From Armatimonadota bacterium (GTDB lineage Bacteria; Armatimonadota; Armatimonadia; Armatimonadales; Armatimonadaceae): 16,439 nt of DNA. A program made the position numbers and the translations under genes. Under the pieces are notes generated by a model. The model did not search any database. It saw only the letters and a program-made list of their open reading frames with translations, and was not told where the DNA came from. The stretch is taken from positions 1 through 16,439 of the forward strand of contig JAYUUO010000054.1 of assembly GCA_043754515.1 (NCBI GenBank). The letters run 5' to 3'. Shown in pieces: positions 1 to 8,548 of the stretch. The number at the start of each line of letters is the position of its first letter. Positions within the stretch are counted from its first letter, which is position 1.

Positions 1-98
1 CCGAAATACATGACATTTAGAGCCACCGTTATTTGATGGGGCTTCCTCTGAAAAACACCGGCGACGGGTAAATCCTAAATGTCATGTATTTTGGTACA
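1..98. repeat. Inverted-repeat-bounded ~95-100 bp element (MITE-like), probably starting just left of the window
   Basis: 1-20 CCGAAATACATGACATTTAG is the reverse complement of 75-94 CTAAATGTCATGTATTTTGG at 19/20 positions. The right arm continues TACA. The element abuts the point where IS3 transposase similarity begins. Confidence 0.6.
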
Positions 99-100
99 CA

Positions 101-665
101 CACTTAATGTATGTTGGTTTGACTGCGGGGTGGCTGTATCTGGTCGCTTTCCGGGACTGGCTCAGGTTTTTCGGCTCCGCCGAAAAGACCGACTCGCGCT
201 TCGTGGTCGCTTGGGAGTCCAGGTGGAAACGTGTTTCCACCGCGTCGGACACGCTGGAAATAGCGTTTGTTTTGGCGTGCGGTCAAGCGGCTTTGGCAAA
301 AGCCGTGCCTGAGATCGTCAATTCGGATCAGGGCAGCCACTTTACGAGTGAGCGATTTACGACGCTGTTCCTGACAGCGGGAGCGCAGGTCTCTATGGAT
401 GGTCGTGGTCGTTATGTGGATAACATTTTCACGGAACGTTTGTGGCGTTCCGTGAAATACGAAGAAGTTTACTTGACAGAGTACGACAGTCCGCGAGCGG
501 AACGAGTAGAAATCAGTCGTTATTTGTCGTTTTACAATGAAATTTGTCCACATCAGGCACTTGGTTATAGGACGCCGAAATCGGTTTATGAAGGTTATCC
601 GTCACAAACGGGAAATAGTTCTTAAATTACCGCCTGAATCTGTCTTGACAAATGGGACCACCATA
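101..665 (+). mobile_element. IS3-family insertion sequence remnant (3' part of orfB plus right end)
   Basis: Integrase-core ORF followed by CTTAAA...CTGTCTTGACAAATGGGACCACCATA (621-665), which resembles IS3-family right ends. No orfA or left end is visible. Confidence 0.8.
107..625 (+). pseudogene. IS3-family transposase OrfB, truncated DDE integrase core
   Basis: Motifs GWLYLVA..DW, NSDQGSHFTS, SMDGRGR..DNIFTERLWRSVKYEEVY and FYN...PHQALGYRTP. The first catalytic motif (DITY) reads H-L-M-Y, the N-terminus is missing, and two extra peptides are inserted. Confidence 0.88.
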
Positions 666-684
666 GACCATCGCACGAGACAGG

Positions 685-719
685 AAGATGACACTCTAGG
701 CAACAAGATGACACCCTAG
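685..719. repeat. Two 15-bp direct repeats with 20-bp period, inside a 7-bp inverted repeat
   Basis: AAGATGACACTCTAG (685-699) and AAGATGACACCCTAG (705-719) match at 14/15. They are flanked by ATCGCAC (670-676) and GTGCGAT (727-733). Confidence 0.7.
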
Positions 720-848
720 CGTCGGTGTGCGATTCCGAGGAAGTGATCAGTTACGGCGGCACAAGGTCGGGTCGGGTGTTGTAACTCCAGCCCGACTGAA
801 CCGATATGTTTATCACCACGGGCGCACGGGCATCCGGGCTATGAGGAG

Positions 849-1349
849 CTAGTAGATGTGCTGGTTGGGGAGATATATGTCGCCGAGCCCCGCGACGCAT
901 TCTGGGCCCACGAGGTAGCTCGCGATGGCGGCGGCCGCGGTAGGGGAGCGGCACTGCCCCTTTTTGCAGTTGATGGCGAAGAAGCTGGCCGCCGACGTGT
1001 GGGCGGCGACGAACTGCCATAGCGCGTCGGCTTGCGCCCCCGCCATCCTCGGGATGTCCCCGAAATCCGCCTCTATATCGTAGCAGCGGAGGTGGTGCGC
1101 GCCTAATCGGGTCGGCGAGGGCGGTAGGGTCAGTTTCTTCCCGCTCGGGTTGCCGAAACAGATGCTCACGAACGGCACGTCGTACGCCCGGGCCTCCGCC
1201 TGGGCGACCGAAAACACGACGATCTGTTTGTCCCCGAGTGGGGTTCGGACAGTAAAAATCGGCCGCTCCCGGCCAGGGTCGGCGCGGTACACAGATACCG
1301 ACGCCCACTGAGCGGGGTTCGCCCTACAGCGGGCGTAGCGCGCCGCCAT
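849..1349 (-). CDS. Protein-tyrosine/dual-specificity phosphatase-like protein (CX5R); start uncertain, stop possibly premature
   Basis: P-loop-like INCKKGQCRSPTAAAAI, upstream HLRCYDI and C-terminal PNQHIY. The frame is open back to 1550, but that extension is low-complexity, so ATG 1349 is preferred. Confidence 0.62.
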   Translation of the reverse strand: MAARYARCRANPAQWASVSVYRADPGRERPIFTVRTPLGDKQIVVFSVAQAEARAYDVPFVSICFGNPSGKKLTLPPSPTRLGAHHLRCYDIEADFGDIPRMAGAQADALWQFVAAHTSAASFFAINCKKGQCRSPTAAAAIASYLVGPECVAGLGDIYLPNQHIY

Positions 1350-1459
1350 GTCCTTGGCGGCGGCATTTTGTGACGTATGACAGCCGGGCGAGGCCGCCCT
1401 CGCCTGGCACCCGCCGGCGGCTGCGCGGCCGCAACCCTGGCGGCCTCCGTGAGAGGCCG

Positions 1460-1726
1460 CGCGGAGCGCAGTTCGGCCAGGACACGGGCTACGCGGTGCT
1501 GACGATAACGACGACTGCGGAGCGATTGGGGCGGCTACTATGCCAGTCACGCTCTATCGGCACCGGGCATCTGTTCCGTCACGGAACAACACTGTCCGAA
1601 CTATTCACCGCCGAGGAAGCCACTCCCGTCTGGAGCCAGCAGGGGCTTAACGCGAAAGAGACGCTACAAGGCATTATGTGTCCCTTGCTGGACGCACGGG
1701 AGGAACCAAGCGGATGGCGGCAGTAG
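1460..1726 (+). pseudogene. Possible C-terminal remnant of a replication-relaxation-family-like protein
   Basis: FGQDTGYAVLTITTTAERLGRLL...GHLF...TPVW resembles my recollection of the Replic_Relax C-terminus (VLtvTtS.eR..nL...lF...vW). There is no credible start or N-terminal domain. Confidence 0.25.
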
Positions 1727-1827
1727 TAGTTCTTACAGACAGAATGGACAGACGTGCGACGGGAAATACCGTGGTGTGTCCGAGCAAAAAGTACTAGTTT
1801 CGCGGTTTCCTGTCGGGAAAGAAGGAT

Positions 1828-3096
1828 GTGGCATGCAAATTGCAGAATCGACTTGTATTGGAAAACTCAACGTCAAGTATTGGGGTCGCCCCCAAATACG
1901 GAGTGATCGAACTGTTCGCTGGCGCGGGTGGGCTGGCGCAAGGCTTTCTCCAGAGTGGGCGATTCGCACTGCTCGCTCTGAGTGACAAAGAAGAAAGCGC
2001 GCGACGCACATTCAGGAACAACTTCCCCGACATACCCTACTCCAAGGATGACATACGTGTTCTCGGCGTAGAGGGTATACGTAGAGCGGCTGGGGACGCG
2101 GCGATTTCCGGCATCTTGGGGGGGCCGCCCTGCCAAGGCTACAGCGTAAACGGCAGGCGCAAATCAGACGACGAACGCAACGACCTAACTCTGGAATATG
2201 CCAGGATCGTGAAGGCGATCCGCCCCGGCTTCATGTTAATGGAAAACGTCCCACAGGCGTTGTACCACCCACACTTTAAGAAATTACTGGAGACGTTAGG
2301 TGCCGACTATAAGGTTCTATTCACCGTTCTCAACGCGGCGCGATACGGCGTACCTCAAACCCGCCACCGCGCCTTCGTCCTTGCTTACCGTAATGACCTT
2401 GACGTCGTCCCCACGTTCCCCGCGCCGACACACGGTTTCGTCACCCGACCGACATACAACTATTTCTCACAGCGGCTTGCCAATCCCGAAGAGCACCCGG
2501 ACGACATAAACGCGATCTTAGGCGCGGATTCCGTCGTGGTACGATTCGCCGAAGATCATAAAACGGAGACGTCCATCGGCGGACGATGGGACGGCGGCGG
2601 TACCCACCCCCCGCTACGGCCGTTCAACAATATCCAGGAGGCTCTCGGCGATCTCGACTCGGTTCTCGCCGTCGCCGTAGAAGGGGATGAGGCGGCGCGA
2701 GATCTGAAGAATCATGTGTATCGTCTTCACACCCCGCGTATGCTGAAGCGAATCAAGGGGATCGAGGAAGGGCTTGATTTACGGAACGTGAAGGACGCGG
2801 ACATGCTACCGAAAAGCCACTACTCGCAGGCTTACGGTCGGTTGCATCGGATGGGACTCGCCCGAACTATCACGACCTTCTTCACCAACCCGGGAAGCGG
2901 CAGATTTCTACACCCTTACTTCGATAGGACACTCACCGTCCGGGAGGCGGCGCGGTTGCAGACCTTCCCGGACGGCTATGTTTTTAGCGGCACACAGGAG
3001 GAGCAAATGCGACTCGTCGGGAACGCCGTGCCGCCGCTTTTAGCGCGGGCGATCGCCGAGCACATAGCGAAGGAATTGGCGGGGCGTGAGCCGTAG
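1828..3096 (+). CDS. DNA (cytosine-5)-methyltransferase (DruM-like position)
   Basis: C5-MTase motifs in order: I ELFAGAGG, IV GGPPCQGYS, VI LMENV, VIII PQTRHRAF, variable TRD, IX RTLTVREAARLQTFP, X VGNAVPP. The exact start is uncertain. Confidence 0.96.
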   Translation: MACKLQNRLVLENSTSSIGVAPKYGVIELFAGAGGLAQGFLQSGRFALLALSDKEESARRTFRNNFPDIPYSKDDIRVLGVEGIRRAAGDAAISGILGGPPCQGYSVNGRRKSDDERNDLTLEYARIVKAIRPGFMLMENVPQALYHPHFKKLLETLGADYKVLFTVLNAARYGVPQTRHRAFVLAYRNDLDVVPTFPAPTHGFVTRPTYNYFSQRLANPEEHPDDINAILGADSVVVRFAEDHKTETSIGGRWDGGGTHPPLRPFNNIQEALGDLDSVLAVAVEGDEAARDLKNHVYRLHTPRMLKRIKGIEEGLDLRNVKDADMLPKSHYSQAYGRLHRMGLARTITTFFTNPGSGRFLHPYFDRTLTVREAARLQTFPDGYVFSGTQEEQMRLVGNAVPPLLARAIAEHIAKELAGREP

Positions 3097-3197
3097 AACG
3101 GCGGCTTCGACAGATCGTACGGGCCGGCCCGTCCGCCCATACGCCGGACATTTTCGATCCCAGGTCGTCGCCACGAGTAGACGAATGATCGTACTAA

Positions 3198-3203
3198 AAG
3201 GAG
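3198..3203 (+). promoter_or_regulatory. Shine-Dalgarno sequence for the ~785-aa gene
   Basis: AAGGAG lies 6 nt before ATG 3210. ATG 3204 directly abuts the SD and is a less likely start. Confidence 0.65.
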
Positions 3204-3209
3204 ATGCGA

Positions 3210-5567
3210 ATGCCGAGTTTTCCGATGCGCCCGCAACACAGGGCGACCCCGAGAAATGGCGGGTCTGGGGACGTCGCCCCGTCAGACATTGCACTCGCGG
3301 ATTTGGTAAAGCCAGAACTACTCGCGGTCGTCATGCCGAACGCGGGGCAGAGTTCCCCTACCGACTCAAGAAACGGGCACCGCGTTCGGACCGTCCGTGT
3401 ACTGGCATACTTACATGCCGCCAAGTGGGAACCGCTCGCCACCGGGGTTTTTTTCGAGTGGAGGGACGCGCCTCCGGAGGCGCGTCCCGATTCGCTTTGG
3501 ATATTGCACGTGAGCCCTGTCCCCGAAGGTTCTGGCGAGGACGGAACGGGCACTGATGACGCCGTAGTGGGCAACCCCATCGCCGTGCCGCGATCGCTCT
3601 CGGTACGCAACTCACACCCCGCCCCCGTCGGGATACTGCAAGTCATGAGGCGGTCAGGGGGGACGAAGCCTTCAGCCGCCTCGGGGAAATTAAAAGCGAG
3701 CCCGTTCCCCCCGTTAATAGCGGGTACTGCAGCCAATTTGAGTGACGAAGACTACTCCGTCATTGATGTCTGCCGACGGGAGTTGGTCGAGCAAGGGCTG
3801 GAGACGCCTCCCTTCGGCGAGATACTCATCCAGATCGAGGAGCGGTGCGTCATCGGGCCGGTCGAACTGCGCGAGTGCCCGGACGGAAGATGGCGGGCGA
3901 GTGCCGGGGAGTACGATGTGCGGTCACATCGCACCTTCGGGACGCATACTAGGTCGGTTAAAATCGGCACCCAGAGTGTGACAATCTATTCACGCGCCTC
4001 CCCTCTACCCTCTATCACGGGGCGGGTAGACTTCGGCGAGGATGACGCCGTGTTCGCGGAAGCGATCCGTCTGATCGCGGGCGGCGAGCCGGAACGAGAT
4101 GATGCCACCTCGACCCGGCGTATGTTCGATCTCTTCAACGAGGGTGACCGCCTGCGTGGGACGCTGGGCAAGAAGCCGCTCGACGGGTACCGCATGTGGC
4201 GATTCAAGATGGCACTTGACACCCTGCGCGAGGATGTCCGGCAACAAGAAGCGTTCCGTGCAGCCATCCTTACGTCGGTGGCCGCGAAGGAAGTAATCGC
4301 CGAGGCCAAGTCCGAGGCGGTGCGGCACGCGGAAGTTGATTTACAGGAAGCACGAAAGCAACTCGGGCGCGAACAGGAGAGTGTGCGGTGTGCGGAGGAG
4401 CGCAATAGTATTCTCAAGAAGCAGATCGCCGAATCCGAGCGGTGTTTGTTGACGCTTGAGCAAGAAACCCGCCATGCGCGGGAGACGCTCTCGGAAGCGG
4501 CGGCGGAGCGCACGGCGGCCATCGCGTCACGGGTCGCCGCTACGATGGTAGAGCGCGTCGGCGCATCCTTGGTGGAGCGCGTCATGGCTCTAATCCCCGT
4601 CCCCGTCCTGACCCCGCTAAAGATGGATTCCCCCGACGTTATCCGACGGTCGTGTCCGGTGACAGTGCCTTGGAAGGCATCTAATGTTCCCGCCTCACGG
4701 AGCGTCCTTGACTCCCTCGCTACACTCAAAGCCGGCTTGAAAAACGCGGGGTTCGACGCGTCCGTAGCGAGTCCCCTTCTCGCATCCTGGCTCGCCGGGC
4801 TGATACCCGTCATCGTGTCACGCGACGAGGAAGCGGCTTTCGCCCGCGCGATCCGTATGTCACTGACGGGGGGGAGGTCGGTGTCGGTTCACGCTGGGGC
4901 GGTCTCTTCATTCGGCGAGTTATTCGGTCGCGTAATCCCCGCGGAGCGGAGCTACGTCCCACATCATGACATGCTCGCGGATGCCGTCCTGACTCTGGGC
5001 GGCGGGGAAGACTCCGGCTTCGCGGTCGCTACGTTCGCGGGGGCGGCGATGTCCGAGGCTAACGCCCTTTTCGCCCCACTCATGGCGGCGTGGAACGACC
5101 CGGCGGAGCGGTTGCCGCTCGTGCATCCCTCGGCCCTCGACCGGGACAATACTTACTACCCCCTATGTACATCGACCTGGCCGGACCGACTATTGCCAGT
5201 CATCTGGTTCGCGGAGAGTGCGTTTCCGATCCCCGCGTCGCCGTCGTTTTGGCGCGGGGCGTCCCTGATTCGCCCACGTAGGGGAGGTTCTGCCCATCCG
5301 GGGGATACCCTCCCACCGCTCCCGCCAGGGGAATGGACGAGACTGCGGGCGGGCGCGGCGACCGCGGGTTCCGGGACCGATACCGCCAAAGTCACTCGCC
5401 TCCGAACGGCACTGCGCTCCCTCGGGGTTTCCGACGTGGAAAGTGATCGGCATGTATTTCTTTGCCATTCGCTGCCGCTCGCGCTCGCCGCGGGAGGGCC
5501 CGAACCAACCCGCCCTCCGGACGTCACAGATGACGATGTCGCGTCGGTGAAAGCGGGGATCTGTTAG
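3210..5567 (+). CDS. Hypothetical protein, DruB-like position; central coiled coil and C-terminal degenerate McrB/AAA+-like region
   Basis: Long ORF with SD, and its stop abuts the next ATG. E/R/K/A-rich helical stretch at ~4290-4530. The C-terminal pattern resembles an McrB-type NTPase lacking intact Walker motifs (inference). Confidence 0.75.
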   Translation: MPSFPMRPQHRATPRNGGSGDVAPSDIALADLVKPELLAVVMPNAGQSSPTDSRNGHRVRTVRVLAYLHAAKWEPLATGVFFEWRDAPPEARPDSLWILHVSPVPEGSGEDGTGTDDAVVGNPIAVPRSLSVRNSHPAPVGILQVMRRSGGTKPSAASGKLKASPFPPLIAGTAANLSDEDYSVIDVCRRELVEQGLETPPFGEILIQIEERCVIGPVELRECPDGRWRASAGEYDVRSHRTFGTHTRSVKIGTQSVTIYSRASPLPSITGRVDFGEDDAVFAEAIRLIAGGEPERDDATSTRRMFDLFNEGDRLRGTLGKKPLDGYRMWRFKMALDTLREDVRQQEAFRAAILTSVAAKEVIAEAKSEAVRHAEVDLQEARKQLGREQESVRCAEERNSILKKQIAESERCLLTLEQETRHARETLSEAAAERTAAIASRVAATMVERVGASLVERVMALIPVPVLTPLKMDSPDVIRRSCPVTVPWKASNVPASRSVLDSLATLKAGLKNAGFDASVASPLLASWLAGLIPVIVSRDEEAAFARAIRMSLTGGRSVSVHAGAVSSFGELFGRVIPAERSYVPHHDMLADAVLTLGGGEDSGFAVATFAGAAMSEANALFAPLMAAWNDPAERLPLVHPSALDRDNTYYPLCTSTWPDRLLPVIWFAESAFPIPASPSFWRGASLIRPRRGGSAHPGDTLPPLPPGEWTRLRAGAATAGSGTDTAKVTRLRTALRSLGVSDVESDRHVFLCHSLPLALAAGGPEPTRPPDVTDDDVASVKAGIC

Positions 5568-7589
5568 ATGCGAGCATCGAGCCACGCCGACTACACGAGG
5601 TGGAACGCGGAACTGATCGACTACGCTTGCGAGTACGGCGTCGACCCAGACGGGCGGTTCTTCCTCGTCGTGCGGCAAATGCTCGAGGACGCGGAGTCCT
5701 CCGGCCAACTAACCGCCGAGCAAAGCTTCCTCCAGGCCGTGCGACAGGAATACGCAGAACTGCTTTTATCCACCGATGACCCGCTCGGGACGTTGCGCGG
5801 GATGCGCGATCCTAAGGGACGCCCCCTTTGCGTAGGCATGCTCGGGGCATTCGTGCTGGCCGCGGAGGACATGGTAGACAACGGCTATTATGATCACCTC
5901 GGGCGTCTACTCGCGCAACACCGGACGCCATCCGCTGTGACCGGATTCGTGGGCGAAACGTTCGAGTCGTGTTGGGACGCGCTCGATCAATTTCTGCTAC
6001 CCTGCGGCTATTACCTCGCCAAGCCGGAAGGAGGGAAGCGATATGTGAAGTGGCCTCGCATGCACGCACTCCTCCGGGCGTGCGACGTGGAAAAACTGCC
6101 CACGTTCTTTATGTGGGCGGGGACATCTCCGACGAGCAGTGTTGCCGAGGGCCGGATGAAAACCCGTTTCGATTATTGGCTCTCAAGCCAGCACTGCAAC
6201 TTCACCCAGTCCGGCAAGAAGGCGAGCCAACATGATGTTCGGGGCCCCGCCATCCTCAGGCAGGTTATGCGCGTGTTTAGCGGGTGGGACGGGACCCCCC
6301 GGACGTCAACCCAAAGAGGCGGTGCACCCGGGGGGAAGCGTTCCGTGCCCACCGGGGTGCGGATATTCGCCGACGTCCCCGCGCCCCCTGCCGAACCGAC
6401 GCTCTGGCTCCGGGCGGAGAAAAAAGCGGGGTGTCCGCCCGGGTTCACGATAGGAGGTGTGCACATCACGGCGACCCGGGATGACGACCCGTTCTACCCG
6501 GATGTCCTTCTCCCGCCATTCTGGAAGGATCACATTCTGATAAACGGCACTTCTTCGGTGTCGGATAACAAGAAATTTGTGTTCCGAGGCGCAGAGGCAT
6601 TCGCGCTTTGCTGGATGGATGACACGGGGGGGTACGAGTCACGCGACGCCCTAATCGCCGGAGTTACCGCCGCCGCTGTCTGCACCGCCGGTATAGCCCC
6701 CTCTCTCGAAAGGCACTTATGTCACCTGAGCGGCAAGGCATCGCCCCCGAAACGGATCACTCTGGGCGGGTGCTTACCGGGATGGTATCTATACCACGGC
6801 TTCGTCCCCAACGTGATTCTCCCCGCCCCGATGGGCCTGGACAACTTCGGCGTCGAAGACCGCCTGACAATCCGGCCGGTAGGCGGCTTGCGACTGGGTC
6901 GGCAACGTGAATGGATGCACGGTATGCCTCCAGTTTCCATTGACGTGCTAGGAGTCTCGCCGCCGCCGACGGTCAGCGTGAACGGGAAAGACGTGGATAC
7001 ACGAGCTGAGACCGCCCACCTGTTCGGGAACGCCCAGACCTACGAACTGAGGGCGGGACGTTTCGACTACCGGCTCAGCGTCGTGGAACCGCGTCTTTCC
7101 CTGACCCTGCTCGACGCGATGTCGCAAATATTCAGCGCGCCGGCGGCATCGATCGAAGATGCCTCCGCCTTCGGCGGAAACCAAGAAGCGTGTCTCGGTG
7201 AACTGAGGAAGGGCGGGCGGGCCTATTTCATAGGGAGTGTGCCGGGATTCATCGCCTCCGCCGAGTCATCTGTGCGACCGGGTTGGGCACGATGGCTCGT
7301 CGTTTTGTCGGATGAGGCGGCGGTCGTGGTGCGTTTATGTGCATCGCCCGGCGATGAACACGGGGGCACCTCCCCCATGCCGGGAGCGGCTATACAGGCA
7401 TGGGGCGACATCGCGCGGGCGGTGCTCAGCCGGATATTTTGGGGTGGTTGCCGGATCGGTATACTCGCGGGCGAACTCGAAGCTGGCGGAACCGCCGGAA
7501 ATAATCAAGAGGCGTTTACGCGCCGTTGGGCGCGTATGGCGCATTCCGCAGCGGAAGCACGCTGCCCGTCTCGTAAGGACAGCCGTTAG
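5568..7589 (+). CDS. Hypothetical protein, 673 aa, DruC-like position
   Basis: Long ORF coupled on both sides (TAG-ATG, TAGTG). The N-terminal Y..WN..L, VLAAEDM...YY..L and GG.R.G..REW patterns recall proteins found upstream of DUF1998 helicases. The Dru assignment is by synteny and size. Confidence 0.75.
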   Translation: MRASSHADYTRWNAELIDYACEYGVDPDGRFFLVVRQMLEDAESSGQLTAEQSFLQAVRQEYAELLLSTDDPLGTLRGMRDPKGRPLCVGMLGAFVLAAEDMVDNGYYDHLGRLLAQHRTPSAVTGFVGETFESCWDALDQFLLPCGYYLAKPEGGKRYVKWPRMHALLRACDVEKLPTFFMWAGTSPTSSVAEGRMKTRFDYWLSSQHCNFTQSGKKASQHDVRGPAILRQVMRVFSGWDGTPRTSTQRGGAPGGKRSVPTGVRIFADVPAPPAEPTLWLRAEKKAGCPPGFTIGGVHITATRDDDPFYPDVLLPPFWKDHILINGTSSVSDNKKFVFRGAEAFALCWMDDTGGYESRDALIAGVTAAAVCTAGIAPSLERHLCHLSGKASPPKRITLGGCLPGWYLYHGFVPNVILPAPMGLDNFGVEDRLTIRPVGGLRLGRQREWMHGMPPVSIDVLGVSPPPTVSVNGKDVDTRAETAHLFGNAQTYELRAGRFDYRLSVVEPRLSLTLLDAMSQIFSAPAASIEDASAFGGNQEACLGELRKGGRAYFIGSVPGFIASAESSVRPGWARWLVVLSDEAAVVVRLCASPGDEHGGTSPMPGAAIQAWGDIARAVLSRIFWGGCRIGILAGELEAGGTAGNNQEAFTRRWARMAHSAAEARCPSRKDSR

Positions 7590-8548
7590 TGAGTGCCGAC
7601 CCGAACATCCTCCTACACTGGGCGAGCCACCGGGGTACATTCACGGGGCAACAATGGCGCGACGCCGTCGCCGTCGTGGCGAGGTGGCGGGATGACGAGG
7701 CGGAGATGATTTTTCGCGCGGCACTGATCAAACGTATGAGACTCCTATGTCACGTGACGGAACTGGATGGGCACTATCAGACGTACCTCCCCTGCCTCGC
7801 GGCGGCGGAGCCACGCACCGGCGGCGACCTCTCCGTCTTCTGGTGCGGCGCGCGGGTCCCGGCACTGGTGAGACACGCGGAGCGGGTGGCGGCGAAGCAC
7901 GGGTGTGCGTGGAACACGGAGCGGCTGTCCTGCGCCCCCGACCGCTTGTCGCTGACCGGCAGTGCCGCGTCGCTAGCGGCTTGCGCGTCCGAACTTGGCG
8001 TGCGCCTCGCGGGTTTCGCGGCGCGGCGGGCGTTGACCCACATCAACCCGCTACCTAACCCGGTTTCCCAGAGTAATAAGGCGGGATCCTTACCGCCTGC
8101 CGCTAGGGTGGAGACGTTTGATTTTGATTCAGGAACGTGGTGCGTCAAAAAGCCGGGGAAATACGCGGCACAGAAGTACAAGCCGCAGTTCGACGCGACG
8201 CGTTACTATTACGCGGAGTGCGGGGTGCGGTACAACATCGCAGAGGCTGGCACGGCCATCCTACTCGCCGCAGACCGTAGCCGAATCCCGGTGTGTGAGT
8301 ATGACACGGAGACGGCCATGTTCGTCGCACCCAGAGATCTGCCCTTCGCGGCCGCTCGCGCACTCTGCCTTTGCTCCGGCTACCCGCCTGTGACCGACCT
8401 GAGGACAAATCGCCAGATCTACCGCGACGTGCCGTCCGGAATCGCCGCCGTGGTACTAGAGCGTCTGGGGCAGTACGAACTCGTCGTGAAGCCGGCTATC
8501 GTCTGGCTCCACGACGGGCTCGATAGGAAAGAGAAGAGGATTACCTGA
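7589..8548 (+). CDS. Hypothetical protein, 319 aa, DruD-like position
   Basis: GTG start overlapping the upstream stop, with AAGGA at 7575-7579. Motifs LLHWASHRG, WCGAR, ARALCLCSGYPP and YRDVP..IA..VL..LGQ. It lies directly upstream of the helicase (TGATG overlap). Confidence 0.75.
   Translation: MSADPNILLHWASHRGTFTGQQWRDAVAVVARWRDDEAEMIFRAALIKRMRLLCHVTELDGHYQTYLPCLAAAEPRTGGDLSVFWCGARVPALVRHAERVAAKHGCAWNTERLSCAPDRLSLTGSAASLAACASELGVRLAGFAARRALTHINPLPNPVSQSNKAGSLPPAARVETFDFDSGTWCVKKPGKYAAQKYKPQFDATRYYYAECGVRYNIAEAGTAILLAADRSRIPVCEYDTETAMFVAPRDLPFAAARALCLCSGYPPVTDLRTNRQIYRDVPSGIAAVVLERLGQYELVVKPAIVWLHDGLDRKEKRIT

Noticed and set aside
685..719. CRISPR array
   Set aside because: Only two 15-bp units separated by 5 bp.
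1350..1550. N-terminal extension of the 233-aa phosphatase ORF
   Set aside because: Low-complexity A/G/R/P/S sequence typical of a GC-rich open frame, overlapping a more protein-like + strand stretch.
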